Shown here piece by piece: positions 1 to 12,300 of a DNA stretch of 64,000 bases. Source of the stretch: Selaginella moellendorffii (lineage: Eukaryota; Plantae; Lycopodiophyta); the NCBI RefSeq assembly GCF_000143415.4, contig NW_003314377.1, positions 186,001-250,000 of the forward strand. The letters are read 5' to 3'. How positions within the stretch are numbered: position 1 is the stretch's first letter; every line of letters begins with the position of its first letter. The position numbers and the translations under genes are program-made. The notes beneath the pieces were generated by a model. The model was not told the origin of the DNA, did no database searches, and worked only from the letters and a program-made list of their open reading frames with translations.

Positions 1-51
1 TAGCTTGTGGTTTTCCCTGTAGATCCAACTAACTCTATTCCTACGGCGCAG

Positions 52-910
52 ACGACTTCAAGCTGAACATTGAATGCAACCACGCAACGCTTGCGGGTCA
101 CAGGTAAGACAGCCGAAAGTTTATTGTTTGTACTGATACTCGTGGAATGCAGCTGCTATCATGAACTGGAAGTTTCTCGAATCAATGGAGTTTTGGGAAA
201 CATTGACGCCAACACTGGTGACGCTCAAACAGGTACGTTTTTTCCGCTTCTTCTTTTCACGCAGTACTGAAGAGATTGTTTTTCAGGATGGGATACCGAC
301 CAGTTCCTGATGGATATTGCAGAAACCACGCAAGTGATGCTTTCAGTGCTTCAGAATGTAAGTCACTCAAAAACATGTTTCTTCGCCTGACCGTATCATC
401 TTTTGCTTGTAGGGAGGTCTTGCTCCTGGTGGATTCAACTTCGATGCCAAACTGTGCGTGTATTTAGAAACCATTCCTACCGATTCGTGCTCACTTGTGT
501 GTTGTGTGTTGTTTTTCAGGAGAAGGGAAAGTACAGACGTGGAAGACTTGTTCATCTCTCATATCGCTGGCATGGACGCAATGGCACGCGGGCTTCGCAA
601 TGCAGCCAAAATCCTTGAGGTAAAATTGCTTCATTTGTGGCATTTCTCACGGGCAAGAATTTTTTTTCAGGAGGGTACTCTTCCAAGTATCGTGAAAGAG
701 CGATATGCAAGCTTTGACTCTGCTTTGGGAGCTTCCATTGAGGTACACTAAAGCTTTCTACGACGTTTCATTTACCAATTGCTTTTGGTGTGCTAGTCTG
801 GGGAGCTCGGATTTGAAGAGCTGGAGCAGGAGGCCCTGAGAATGGAGGAGCCACTACCTGCGTCTGGGAAGCAAGAGCTAGCTGAGATGGTGTTCTATAA
901 CTCCATATAA
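52..910 (+). CDS. XYLA: Xylose isomerase, 3' part (5' end lies before the window); exons 52-103, 153-232, 287-357, 413-453, 520-619, 671-742, 797-910
   Basis: The spliced translation reads [50 protein letters not shown]...[33 protein letters not shown]...[15 protein letters not shown]. These are class II xylose isomerase motifs, joined by GT-AG introns of about 50-65 bp. Confidence 0.95.
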
Positions 911-1824
911 CCAGCATGAGATAACTCCATACTCCATATAACGATGTGATATCTATGTAAAGGCTTGATTACATGAACTTGTAAAGAATGTTATCACAAA
1001 ATGTCTTTTACCTCTCAAGGATGAAAGTAGCTTCTCTATTGTAATCGTCACCGTATCGCAACCATCAATCTTCTTTACCAGGTTACAGAATGTCTCCAAG
1101 GTATATATCTGCAGCGGGGGCCTGGAGCTGTATGGAAGCACAGAGATTAGTTTCCTGTAGACCTCTTCCTGGAGCACGCTATTTTGGTGCTCCTCAATTA
1201 CTTCGTAGAACAGCTTCTTCTTGTCTGACTGGGGAGATGGGTTTTATGAACGAGGTTTGGAAGGAGGCCAGAGCTAAAGGTGTGGAAATCAGGCTGGATT
1301 TGAAAGATGTTTGGTCTAGCAAATTGCTTCCGGATGGAAGAAGACAGTCTCTTTGGTGCTTGAGATGGTTGGCTCATATGAGCCAATGTCAAGGGGTATG
1401 AAAGAATGGTGTTGTGTCCATTGTATCCAACGGCAAAACTGAGCCCAAAAGGGAAAAACCTTGTCACTTCGGGCTTGAAACGGGCCCTGGACGATGAAAA
1501 GACTGTGACTTGTTCTTGGATGCGAGACAATAAGCTACCGAGCCTTCCCTCGTACCTTGAAGAAATGTCCAAGGAGGCCTAGAGTCTTCATCATGTCCAC
1601 TGCTTTCAATACGTCAATATGAAACAACCATGGTGAAGGTGTTCTATGTCTCGTCCAGCAACGACAAGGCAATCCGGACATGTCCATTCTTAAAATGCCT
1701 TGCGTTGGCACCCTGTCCAGAATCACGCTGATCAACTCATCGCTAAACAGCTCCTTCCTTTTGTGTAGAGTTGGGCCTTTCAACAGTGCGTCAACCGGTT
1801 TATTAATTTTTAAAAAAAAATTGG

Positions 1825-2050
1825 GACATATGAGGACTATTTGATGCCATGCAAAGAAAGAATCTCGTCTCGTGGACTGCCATGGTAATTCCAGCACGGG
1901 CATCTGGATGAGGCAAACCTTCTATGCCCGAATGATCGCTGCATGGTTCATCTGGGGATTTAAATGGAAGTAGGCAGCTGTTTGAGAAAATGGAAGAAAA
2001 GAATTTGGTGTCGTGGAATGTAATGCTCCCGGCAAATGCGATTTCTCTGG
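1825..2050 (+). pseudogene. PPR gene remnant
   Basis: Degenerate copy of about 2480-2760 (TTTGATGCCATGCAA..AATCTCGTCTCGTGGACTGCCATGG) with deletions and frameshifts. Confidence 0.75.
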
Positions 2051-2316
2051 CGAAACTTGGGCGCTCCTCAAGTTTTAATAAGCTTGTCATCCTTCCTAGC
2101 AAGATCACTGCATAGAAAGTTCTCGAAGAGCTCCATCCCGCGTTTGCTTTACATCGCTATACATCTCCTTTTGATCTGTAAAGTTTGGAGAGCCCGTAAC
2201 ACAGCGTTTCATCCAACTCCACGCTCTCATTCTTTAGCAGAACATTCGAGAGTTTTTAGTAAAATCAACGGTGAAAAAGAAAAGAAGCAGAGAATATTCT
2301 CAAAGTCCAACTCTTG

Positions 2317-3975
2317 ATGAGCTTATATTCCCAAACATCACTTTTAACAGCAGCTGCCAACTCCGGGCATCTGGGAGATGCTAAGAGGATATTTGATGGC
2401 ATTGGGGAGCCAGACGTGGTGTGCTGGAATGCGATGCTTTCGGCATATGCCCGTGCCGGATGTATCTCAGATGCGAGAGGAATCTTTGATGCCATGCAGG
2501 CGAAGAATCTAGTCTCGTGGACTGCCATGGTGTGCGCATATTCCAAGCACGGGCATCTAGACGAGGCAAAGATTCTCCTTGGTGCCATGCCCGCGTGGAA
2601 TGCGGTATCATGGACAGCGATAATCGCTGCTTGTGGTTTAGCTGGAAACTTAAACGAGAGTAAGCAGATGTTTGAGATGATGGAAGAGAAGACTTTGGTG
2701 TCATGGAATGTGATTCTCGCCGCAAATGCTCAAAACGGGCAATTTGCGACTTCTCTGGCGATCTTTCATGCGATGCCGCAGTGGGATCTGGTGTCCTGGA
2801 TCACGCTCCTGGGTGGAATTTCCAGCGATATTGATGCTCTGCTCGAGATTTTCTACGCAATGCCCGAGCACGACATCGTGTGCTGGAATGCGCTGCTATC
2901 GGCTTACGGGACTAGAGGCAGGATTGGCGATACCCAGCTCGTGTTTGAGAGGATGCCAGAGAGGAATTTGATCTCCTGGACCGCGATGCTCAATGCATGG
3001 ATCTTGTGCGGCGACCTGGAACTCGCGAGAGAGCTCTTTGATCGCATGCCGGAGAGGAACCTTGTTTCTTGGACCGCGATCATCGATGCGTATTCGCAGA
3101 GAGGAGATCCGTGCCAGGCCAGGAGCCTCTTCGCCCAGATGCCGGAGCAGAGCCTGGCCTCCTGGAACGCGATCCTCTCCGGCATCGCCCGGTTTGGAGA
3201 TCTGGAAGAGGCGGGAGAGATCTTCGAGAGGATGCCGGAATGGAATTCTTCCTCGTGGAACGCAATGCTGGCCGCCTACACCCTGTCCGGAAAGAATCTG
3301 GAAGAAGCCTGGGCGCTGTTCGCCAAGATCCCTCGCAAGAACCAGCTCTCCTGGAACCTGATGCTCACCGCCGAGAGCCAGCCGCTGGAGTCATCGCTGG
3401 AGATCTTCGCATCGATGCCGGAGCGCGACGTCGTGTCCTGGACGGCGATTCTCACCGCATTTGCCCGCGCCGGCCACAGCTCCCACGCGGAGAAGCTCTT
3501 CGCGCAAATCCCCAGCCCCAATCCCATCTCCTGGGCCGCCCTCCTGGCCGCGCTCTCCACCACCGATCCATTCCCCGCCTTCCACGAGATGGCCATGATC
3601 CACGCACCCACGCCCGCGTGCTTCGCGTCGGTGCTGGCGGCGTGCGTCCACCGTGGCGCGCTGGAGCTTGCCACGTCATATTTCGCTGCCATGGTCCGAG
3701 ACCACGGCGTGACGCCCGGCCGGCAGCACTACGGCTGTATGGTGGACTTGATGGGCCGCGCGGGACGTGTGGATGACGCGCGGCACATTGTCGCCGCCAT
3801 GCCTTGCCACGTGGACGCGCTGGATTGGCGGTGCCTGCTTGGGGCTTGTAGGTGGAGTGGCACGGAGGGTGATCGGTGTGGTACGGACGTGGCCGGGCTT
3901 GCGATGGGGGTGGATCCAGGTGACGCCGCTGCCTACGACCTGGTAGCAAGTGTGTATGAGTATAATAGCGTATAG
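2317..3975 (+). CDS. PLS-class pentatricopeptide repeat protein with E-type C-terminus and no DYW domain (single exon)
   Basis: About 14 tandem 31-aa motifs (VSWTAMxxAY...AxxLFDRMPERN), then HYGCMVDLMGRAG...WRCLLGAC...AAAYDLVASVY. No obvious transit peptide in this frame. Confidence 0.9.
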   Translation: MSLYSQTSLLTAAANSGHLGDAKRIFDGIGEPDVVCWNAMLSAYARAGCISDARGIFDAMQAKNLVSWTAMVCAYSKHGHLDEAKILLGAMPAWNAVSWTAIIAACGLAGNLNESKQMFEMMEEKTLVSWNVILAANAQNGQFATSLAIFHAMPQWDLVSWITLLGGISSDIDALLEIFYAMPEHDIVCWNALLSAYGTRGRIGDTQLVFERMPERNLISWTAMLNAWILCGDLELARELFDRMPERNLVSWTAIIDAYSQRGDPCQARSLFAQMPEQSLASWNAILSGIARFGDLEEAGEIFERMPEWNSSSWNAMLAAYTLSGKNLEEAWALFAKIPRKNQLSWNLMLTAESQPLESSLEIFASMPERDVVSWTAILTAFARAGHSSHAEKLFAQIPSPNPISWAALLAALSTTDPFPAFHEMAMIHAPTPACFASVLAACVHRGALELATSYFAAMVRDHGVTPGRQHYGCMVDLMGRAGRVDDARHIVAAMPCHVDALDWRCLLGACRWSGTEGDRCGTDVAGLAMGVDPGDAAAYDLVASVYEYNSV

Positions 3976-4098
3976 ATCTTGTATATGGAACGTGTTACCA
4001 GACCAGATTAACTGCAAAGTGATTGATTGAGATCATAGTTTTTGCTCAACACGACCAGCGTTTTATTTATTAACCAAAGTGATTGATTGATATCATCC

Positions 4099-4320
4099 TC
4101 ACGGGCAGAACGTAAATGGTGAAAGTTCCTCCGGCTCCAGAAGTCTTGGTGCTGGATCGAACTGGCGCAAGTATTCCCATTCCTGTTCTGGGGAGGACAA
4201 GTTCCAGCATCCGAGATCCAGTGAGTGCCGATGAAGAAGTGGTGATGTCATAGAAGTCCTTGTTGCTATTGTTGTTGATGGAAACCTCGGCCAGTCCAGT
4301 GCCGACCTTTCCCACCCAGA
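4099..4320 (-). pseudogene. Thaumatin-like protein remnant
   Basis: Retains LAEVSINNNSNKDFYDI and a GGTFTI..FCP-like end homologous to 6433-6999, with internal deletions and frameshifts. It abuts the xylose isomerase remnant. Confidence 0.85.
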
Positions 4321-5055
4321 CGACTTTCTGAATGCAACCAACGCTTGCGGGACACATGTAGCTGCTATCATAACTAGAAGTTTCTCGAATCATTGATGAA
4401 CTGGAAAACATTGATACGTCTTTCCGCTACTTCATTACATGCAGTGCTTAAGAGATTTTCTTTCAGGAAAGGATACCGACCGATGGATATTGTGGAAACC
4501 ACAGAAGTAGTGCTTCAGAATGCAAGTCACTCAAAGACATGTTTCTTCGCCTGACCGTAACTCATGCGTTCCTGTTCGTTTGTCTTCGTGTAGGGCGGTC
4601 TTGCTCCTGGTGGATTCAACTTCGATGCCAAACTGTACATAATTTAGAACCATTCCTACCAATTCGTGCTCACTATGTGTGTCGTGTTTCAGGAGAAGGG
4701 AAACTACAGACGTGGAGGACTTGTTCATCTCTCATATCGCTGGCATGGACGCAATGGCACGCGGGCTTCGCAATGCAGCCAAAATCCTTGAGGTAAAATT
4801 CCTTGATTTGTGCCATTTCTCAGGGGCAAGAATTTTCTTTCAGGAGGGTACTCTTCCAAGTATCGTGAAAGAGCGATATGCAAGCTTTGACTCTGCTTTC
4901 GTTGAGGTACACTAAAGCTTTTTACGATGTTTCATTTACAAATTGCTTTTGGTGTGCTAGTCGGGGGAGCTTAGAGTTGAAGGCTGGAGAAAGAGGCCCT
5001 GAGAGCCACTATCCGCGTCTGGGAATCAAGAGCTAGTTGAGATGGTGTTCTAATG
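4319..5055 (+). pseudogene. Degenerate duplicate of the xylose isomerase 3' exons and introns
   Basis: Colinear with 51-900 including introns ([33 protein letters not shown]; [18 protein letters not shown]), with many indels. Confidence 0.92.
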
Positions 5056-6160
5056 TATGTAAGGCGATATCTATGTGAAGGCTTGTTTAAACATTTTTAC
5101 TGTCATGTGTAAAGAATGTTATGGCAATTTTAAATCTTCATTTCAATACTTACCTGGCAGATCCCTCTCAAGGATGAAAGTACCTTCTCTCACCGTTTCG
5201 CAGCAGTTTTCTCACCATCAATTTGCACAGCTTCTCGTCTACCAGTTTACAGAACGCCTGGTAAGTATCTGCAGCGGGATGCCTCCTTAGCAAAGTACTC
5301 TCGGCTTATTGTGCTCGCATCGAAGAACAAGTCATATGCCTCAGTAGCTAGCGTTTCACCGTCCAGCATGAGGCCCCGTTTCAAGCCCGAAGTGACGAGG
5401 TTTTTCCCTTCCGGGCAGTTCGTTGTACATCTCAAGCACATTTTTGGCGTTGGATGCAACATCACCTCCCTTTCCAAAGTTTCTTTTATATGGACAACAC
5501 TAAAGTGTGATCTTTGACCACGTCGAGATGACATTGGCTCGTTAACCATCTCAAGCAACAAATTGTCATTGTATGGATGTATTTAAGGAACACTTTGTCG
5601 TTGCTGGATGAGACATGCGACGAGAACACCTTTCCCATCTGCAGCATCTTTGGGTGCTCTTTTGGAAACGCCTTACAATTAGCGCCTCGCGTCTGGGAAG
5701 CAAGAGCTAGCTGAAATGGTGTTCTATAACGCCACATAACACCCGAATATCTATGTAAAGGCTTTGATCATTTGATGAAGTCAAGCGTTGATATGTGAAC
5801 TCCATGCTAGGGACAGGGGATGATGGGAAATTTGACTCTTTTAACTTCCACTTCCATAAGAGATGTTCAAATCTCACTTCAGTGAGAAGATTGCCGCTCG
5901 TTTCTTTATTTGTTGATCCACCATGTTCAACTCCATGGCTAGGCCGCATCCAGCGCCAGCTCCATGGCCAGAGCGCCAGCTCCATGGCCAGGCCGCCAGC
6001 GCGAGCGCCATGCCCGCGATCACCCATGTAAGTCAAAATTAATGGATTGATGGCGATGAAAGGTTTTTTTAGCAAAAAGTAGCTTTCTGATCCAGGGAAG
6101 TGATTACAGTTGGCCTAGCCAGGGCCAGAAAGCACAGGGAATGGAGTCGTAGAGATTCTC
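5025..6160. repeat. Segmental duplicate, copy 1 (partner 8241-9320)
   Basis: Near-colinear from ATCAAGAGCTAGTTGAGATGG to GGGAATGGAGTC..GATTCTCATC in both copies. Confidence 0.92.
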
Positions 6161-6182
6161 ATCACTCTTCCTCTCTCATCAT

Positions 6183-6360
6183 CCACTACGGCTGCATGGG
6201 ACGTTTGTGGATGACGCGCGGTACATGGTCCCCGCCATGGGGCTTGTAGATGGAACGATACGGAGGGCGATAGGTGTGGTACGGAGGTGGCTGGGCTTGC
6301 GATTGGGATGGATCCAGGTGATGCCGCTGCGTACGACCAAGCTAACGTATCGATCTGAAT
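6183..6360 (+). pseudogene. PPR E-domain 3' remnant
   Basis: CACTACGGCTGCATGGGACGTTTGTGGATGACGCGCGG...GGATCCAGGTGATGCCGCTGCGTACGACC matches 3727-3940 and 13974-14100. Confidence 0.85.
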
Positions 6361-6432
6361 AAACGCGTGACAACATTTTTGCTATAGAATTTATTTATAA
6401 TCATTTATAAAGTGATTGAATAACACCATCGC

Positions 6433-6999
6433 TCACGGGCAGAACGTAATGGTGAAAGTTCCTCCGGTTCCAGTGGCAAAAGTCTTGGTGTTGTCACCAG
6501 ACCAGCTATAAGCATCCGGGCATGAGGCACGGACGTTCTGTGCATACTGGGAGTTTGGATCGTCGCGGTTGGGACTGGTACAAACATTCCCATTCGTGTT
6601 CTCGGGAGGACAAGTCGAAGCCTCTGCTCGGCAAGTCAGACCCCTGCCAGATCCAGTGATGCTCATCCCAGTGCCGATGAAGAAGCCATCCACGGCGCTG
6701 ATGTCGTAGAAGTCATTGTTGCTGTTGCTGTTGATAGAGAACTCGGCCAGGAGGCCAGGAGTTCCAGTGCCGATGTTTCCCCCCCAGAGATCCGGAGGAC
6801 TCAGTGAGCGAGATTCTCCGGGGGCGAGAGTGAATCCGGAGGTTCCGATCGAGGGGCCGGGGTTCTCGCGGACGACAATGTTCTGCGAGCCTCCGCAGCT
6901 ATTGACAACGTTGAAGGAAGTGGCTGCTGCGAGTGGGATTGCTGCAAAACAATGGCTTAGAGCAACAAGAGCAACTAGGATGGCAGTAGAGCTTGCCAT
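6433..6999 (-). CDS. Small secreted thaumatin-like (PR-5) protein, copy 1 (188 aa)
   Basis: Signal peptide followed by FNVVNSC, GFTLAPG, LAEFS, DFYDISAVDGF, CPDAYSW and a terminal TITFCP. Intronless. Confidence 0.93.
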   Translation of the reverse strand: MASSTAILVALVALSHCFAAIPLAAATSFNVVNSCGGSQNIVVRENPGPSIGTSGFTLAPGESRSLSPPDLWGGNIGTGTPGLLAEFSINSNSNNDFYDISAVDGFFIGTGMSITGSGRGLTCRAEASTCPPENTNGNVCTSPNRDDPNSQYAQNVRASCPDAYSWSGDNTKTFATGTGGTFTITFCP

Positions 7000-7708
7000 T
7001 GGAACTGTGTATGCTGTAATATATTTCTGTGAGTTTCTTTGAGGATTTATATAGTCTAGAGAAATTAGTGAAGGTGAAAGAGTTTGTTGACCACACGCAA
7101 AGGAATACCACCCGTGAATAGCGAGAGTTTTCCAAGCAAAAAAAACCTTTTCTTCACAAGACTTTGAAAATCATGTTCATGCCTTGAGTTTTTGCAGAAA
7201 CGTGCTTTGAATATTGAGTCAAGAATGCCGAACTTTGTGAACTAGTGCCAGCTCAATAACTCCTAGTCTCACATTCGGGATTGTTTTCTGTGGATACTAT
7301 TATTTGATTCATAAAGCGTTGAATTCATAATCAAAGCACATCTGATTAAAGGATAAGTTCAAATAAAAAAACTTAAATTTTGATGAACTTAATACTTGCC
7401 CCATGATGCCATGAATATACATAGTTTTCCTGTCCCCCTGCATTTTAAAAAAAAAAGTGAATCTCAAACCTTATTTAGCTCCGCAGTTTACTTCAAAGCT
7501 AAATCTGCTTTGCCGGGCTTGGTTAATCCATGGCGATCTAGAAAATCTTGGCACTGCAGTTGGATTAGTCTTGATTACTAGCAAAGGCAATTATGGCTGC
7601 ATGGAGGAATCTCTCAAGGTCTTCCAAAGAATCAATACAAGAACACTATTAAATAAAAGCTGATAAACATGGGATCATCTATCCCATGGGGCTTTTGCAT
7701 GTGTGCTC

Positions 7709-8235
7709 AATCAACGGACTTTTGGCCTGAGAAGCAGCTTAGGTAAACATATGCACGAAAAAAAAGAGAGGAAAACACACCTGTGTAAACTTGTAGACAC
7801 AAAAGTATGTACTTCCCGGAACTTTTCTTCTAGCACCGTGATACTGGCAGCAGAAGAAGTTAAGTTCTGCTTCACGGAGTGACTGCGTCTTTGCGTGAGA
7901 TTCCTGTTGCTGCAAGGCAAGCATGGTTGACTCTGCCTGCTAATCCATTGTAAATGTCGGATGCAATACATCCAGACAAGAGTGGAACGCCTCTGTTGGA
8001 AGGATTCTCAACTCTCTTTCCAACCCCTTTCTTCAGCTGCTCTTCCTCCCAGATCTTTGAATTCAACGTTCTCAGACACGCCAGCTTTCTTTCCATTATC
8101 CTTGTAAGTGAGCCTCCCTCGAACTTCCCCGGCCTCGTCTTCACTGGAAACAGCCTCGTCTTTCGATGGAGCGTCACAAATTCTGGACCGAAACTTGGCA
8201 TCGCTAGAATGACACCACCAAAAGAAGCATCCATC
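7709..8235 (-). pseudogene. Fragment of the ILP1/GCFC gene, including an intron
   Basis: KIWEEEQLKKGVGKRVENPSNRGVPLL and ESHAKTQS...QNLTSSAASITVLEEKF match 22940-23690, with frameshifts. Confidence 0.9.
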
Positions 8236-8240
8236 AAGGC

Positions 8241-9320
8241 ATCAAGAGCTAGTTGAGATGGTGTTCTAATGTATGTAAGGCAATATCTATGTGAAGGCTT
8301 GTTTAAACATTTCTACTGTCATGTGTAAAGAATGTTATCGCAATTTTAAATCTTCATTTCAATACTTACCTGGCAGATCCCTCTCAAGGATGAAAGTACC
8401 TTCTCTATTGTAATCGTCACCGTTTCGCAGCAGTTTTCATTTGCACAGCTTCTCGTCTACCAGTTTGCAGAACGCCTGGTAAGTATCTGCAGCGGGATGC
8501 CTCCTTAGCAAAGTACTCTCGGTAGCTTATTGTGCTCGCATCCAAGAACAAGTCATATGCCTCAGTAGCTAGCGTTTCACCGTCCAGCATGAGGCCCCGT
8601 TTCAAGCCCCAAGTGACAAGGTTTTTCCCTTCCGGGCAGTTCGCTGTACATCTCAAGCACATTTGGCGTTGGATGCAACATCTTTCCAAAGCTTCTTTTA
8701 TAATGGACAACACTAAAGTGTGATCTTTGACCACGTCGACATAAACCCTTGACATTGGCTCGTCAACCATCTCAAGTAACAAATTGTCATTATATGGATG
8801 TATTTAAGGAGAGCTTTGTACGAGACATGCGACGAGAACATCTTTACGATCTTTGGGTGCTCTTGTGGAAACGCCTTACAATTAGCGACTCGCGTCTGGG
8901 AAGCAAGAGCTAGCTGAAATGGTGTTCTATAACTCCATATAACACCCATGTAAAGGCTTTGATCATTTGATGAAGTTGAATACAAGCGTTGATATGTGAA
9001 CTCCATGCTAGGGCCAGGGGGTGATGGTAGAAATTTGACTCTTTTCCCTTCCACTTCTAATATACACTTAGTGTTTCAGTGAGAGGAGATTGCCGCTCGT
9101 TTCTTTATTTGTTGATCCACCATATTCAGCCCGAGCGCCATGCCTAGGCTGCGGTCGGCGATCACCGTGGCCACTGCCCATTAAGTCAAAATTAGATTGA
9201 TGGGGATAAAAGGCTTTTTAGCAAAAAGGTATTAAGTTAAGCGGTAGCTTTCTGATCCATTACGAGCCAGGGCCTAGCCAGGGCCACAAAGCACAGGGAA
9301 TGGAGTCCTAAAGATTCTCA
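8241..9320. repeat. Segmental duplicate, copy 2 (partner 5025-6160)
   Basis: Direct alignment by eye to 5025-6160. Confidence 0.92.
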
Positions 9321-12300
9321 TCCGCACCACAAGGAACTAGCATCGTCATCACTGCACTCATCCTCATCACTACTCTCATCATCCTCATCACTGGGTTTGT
9401 AGTCCGGATCAAAACTTCCTCTTGTTTGCTTTCCTTGCCAACTGCAACTTGCAGCAGCTAGCATCGGTGTGTCCCTCACAGCGCTTAATAAGCCTACACA
9501 AATCATAAAAACTAATAAAAACAAAAAGAAAAGCATCAATTACTTACCAAATGGACTCTGCTGTGGATACACGTATTGACCTCCATCAGCCTCTGGCACA
9601 ACCATCCTGTTGGAACTTTTGACTTTGGAAATCACGTTATACAATGGTTGATCGGTCATAAGAACCATGGCGTAATTGCCATCTGAAACGACACACAATA
9701 AACCAACCGACAAATAAAAACTAAGTACCTGCCATCCATTGCTCTATCGTCCATATCTTCTTCAGAAAGTCTTCTTCCCACCTGGCTTGCTGTCCTTCAT
9801 AAACGTCCGTGCGTTTGCTCTCAATAAATAAAAAAAAGTCCTGCAGCTTGTTCTCAAGATCCACCAGCTGCAGATGGATGAAGCTATCAGGTCCGTGGTT
9901 GCCAACCCAATAAAAATGCTGCCTGTCCTCTCTTAGAAAGGCCTGAAATACGTCTGCTGTATGTATCTGATGGGGCTGACGTTTTGGAGGTCCAAACGTT
10001 GCACCAGCTGGCAACTGGAACTTCAAAGCTTGCATATTTGCAGGAAGGACGAAATTGAAGGGGAGGATGTCTTTGAGTGTGAACTCAAATACTGTCTCCT
10101 TCTTCTCGTGATCATGAAAAAGCTTACCCATGTATATCATGAAGACAATGCACATAAGGTCTGATACCTCCTTAACAGAATCCAGTATAGGAGGCCATAA
10201 ATGTTTCAGCTCCGCCACATGTAAGTTCTCGATAAGATGGTAAATAAGGAGTGGAGAGAACATGATGGAAAACGAGCGCATTCCATTCCTCACGTCTTCC
10301 TGTTTCGATAATTTTATCTGCTTATTGGGTGGCGGCTCCTGTACAGTAACACCACATAAGCACTCACATAAACTTCTGAAATATCAGAAAAGTACCTCGT
10401 TGCGTAAGAGTCCAACTAAACCGCAAGACTCTAAAAATCCCCACTTATCTTTGTATCTACTACCTGGCCAAACTAGGTCCTCCCGACTGATCAGGGTCCC
10501 CAACAGCGCAACATAAAGAGCTCGTAGCACCAACAAATACCTCTTGTCCACAAGGTAGTGAAAATAATAACCGCGTTTGATAGTACTCCACGCGTTCCTT
10601 ATTGTATCACGGAGATCGGTTTGGCTGAGATCTTGATTCACCTGTAACAAGCATACAGTTTTCTCATCAAGAAAAAGGACAAAAAAGAACGGAAGAAACC
10701 TTTTCGTAGAACTTCGAAGCTTCAAGATGAGGGTGCTCAGGCATCAACCCTCTCAAAAGGTGATTAAGCATGCGAGGATTCCCTCCTGATAACTTTATCA
10801 GCTTCCTTAGTCCGTCCTTCAACTCAAATGGCTTCTCCATGCCGAGAGTATTTCCTAGTCTTGAAAGGAAGATCGTCGTTACGTCTACCACCTCCTCCTC
10901 CTTCAGAGGCCTAATAGGTATAAAAATACTTGTTACCTTCTCTGTGTAACGCATTGTGGCCCCAGAAAATCGGGTCGTTGCTACTTGAAGTACAGGAAAC
11001 GTCATGCCACCTCGGTTACTTTTGATATGTCGAACGTAGGCCGAGAAAGCTTCATGAATCCAGGACGATGCAGCTGGGAGACCTCGCTGAGGTCGGGCCT
11101 TGTTGACTTCATCGAAAAACCAAGATAGAAAAATTCGCTTGTCGGCAGGAACCTTAAGACCGGTTCGAATGAAGTCGATCACATCTCCGAAAGTCAGCAC
11201 ATTCCTCAGGCCCGGAAACATGTCATCCAACTCCTTGAGAAAATCAGCATATGCAGTCGTATTCATTGGACAAAGGGCTGCATGCAAGGACCGAAGCGCC
11301 AAAACCTGTGCGCCTTCCAGGCCGTTCTCGAGCAGAAGTGCACCCCCCGCCATGGTCGTTTCAACCGAATGGTACATACTAAGATCTTTGCCAGTCTCCA
11401 GCACGTTGTTCACCATTTCCTTGAACTGAGTGGCAAGCCCACTGTAACCTAGCTGGTCCTCGAGAATGGCATCTATAGTCCCTGTTTTTGTGTCCCTCTC
11501 CCACGCTTCTCTGAGAAGAGCTGAGAGACATGTCCCGACAGTTGTTTTGCCTGCTCCGGGGAATCCGATGACCATCAACATGAACTCTTTTCGTTCGAAA
11601 TCTGAGGCACTGGAAGTCTTGTTCATGAAAGTTGCAAAGACCCGTGCAGTGGCAGCCATAAGATGCTGAATCATCTCCTCCCTTCCGACCAAAGTAAAAT
11701 AATCTCCGAAGTCCGTCTGTAAACACGGCTGCCCACCGTTGTCCACAAGAGGCAACTTGTAGCCTGGCACCCTCCTCGCCGGCATTCCGTGAAAAACCCT
11801 TGCATCCTCCAGTTGTTTCGTGTATACATCCAGCAACCTCGACACTACAACACAAACTTGTCAGTAGTAGAAGCAAAAAGTAAAAGACGCCAAAAACGAT
11901 AGCCACAGTATACACCAACACATTAAGCAGAAAACCATACGAAGAGACCATGATGCCACAGATGCCGAGAACCCAGGTAACACGTTCTACAAGCTACACA
12001 AGACGCCATGTCGACAGCCACCAACAAAGGCAACAGCCGATCACAATCACACAGACACCATAGCCCCAGCTATAGCCGCACTAGCACCACGACAAGTAAA
12101 ACGCCAAGTTGCAGCCAAGTCGTGGTTTTGCTCAGCAAGTGCTTACCTGGCGCAGCTTGAAGGGTTATCGGCGGGGCCTCTGAAACAGAAATATAAACTT
12201 GTCAGTACTCGGCAATAGCCAGCGGGGCAAGCACAAAACAGCGCGAATAGCCCATGCGAGGAGGCAAAAACAGAAGAAACGATCAAAGCAGACTCCTAAG

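Noticed and set aside
5146-5160. ATACTTACCTGGCAG matches the 5' end of U1 snRNA (also at about 8362)
   Set aside because: No downstream U1 stem-loops or Sm site. It is simply the complement of a splice-donor consensus.
11379-11951. 190-aa ORF with a hydrophobic N-terminus
   Set aside because: It starts in a T-rich intron of the CR gene and overlaps the NTPase exon out of frame.
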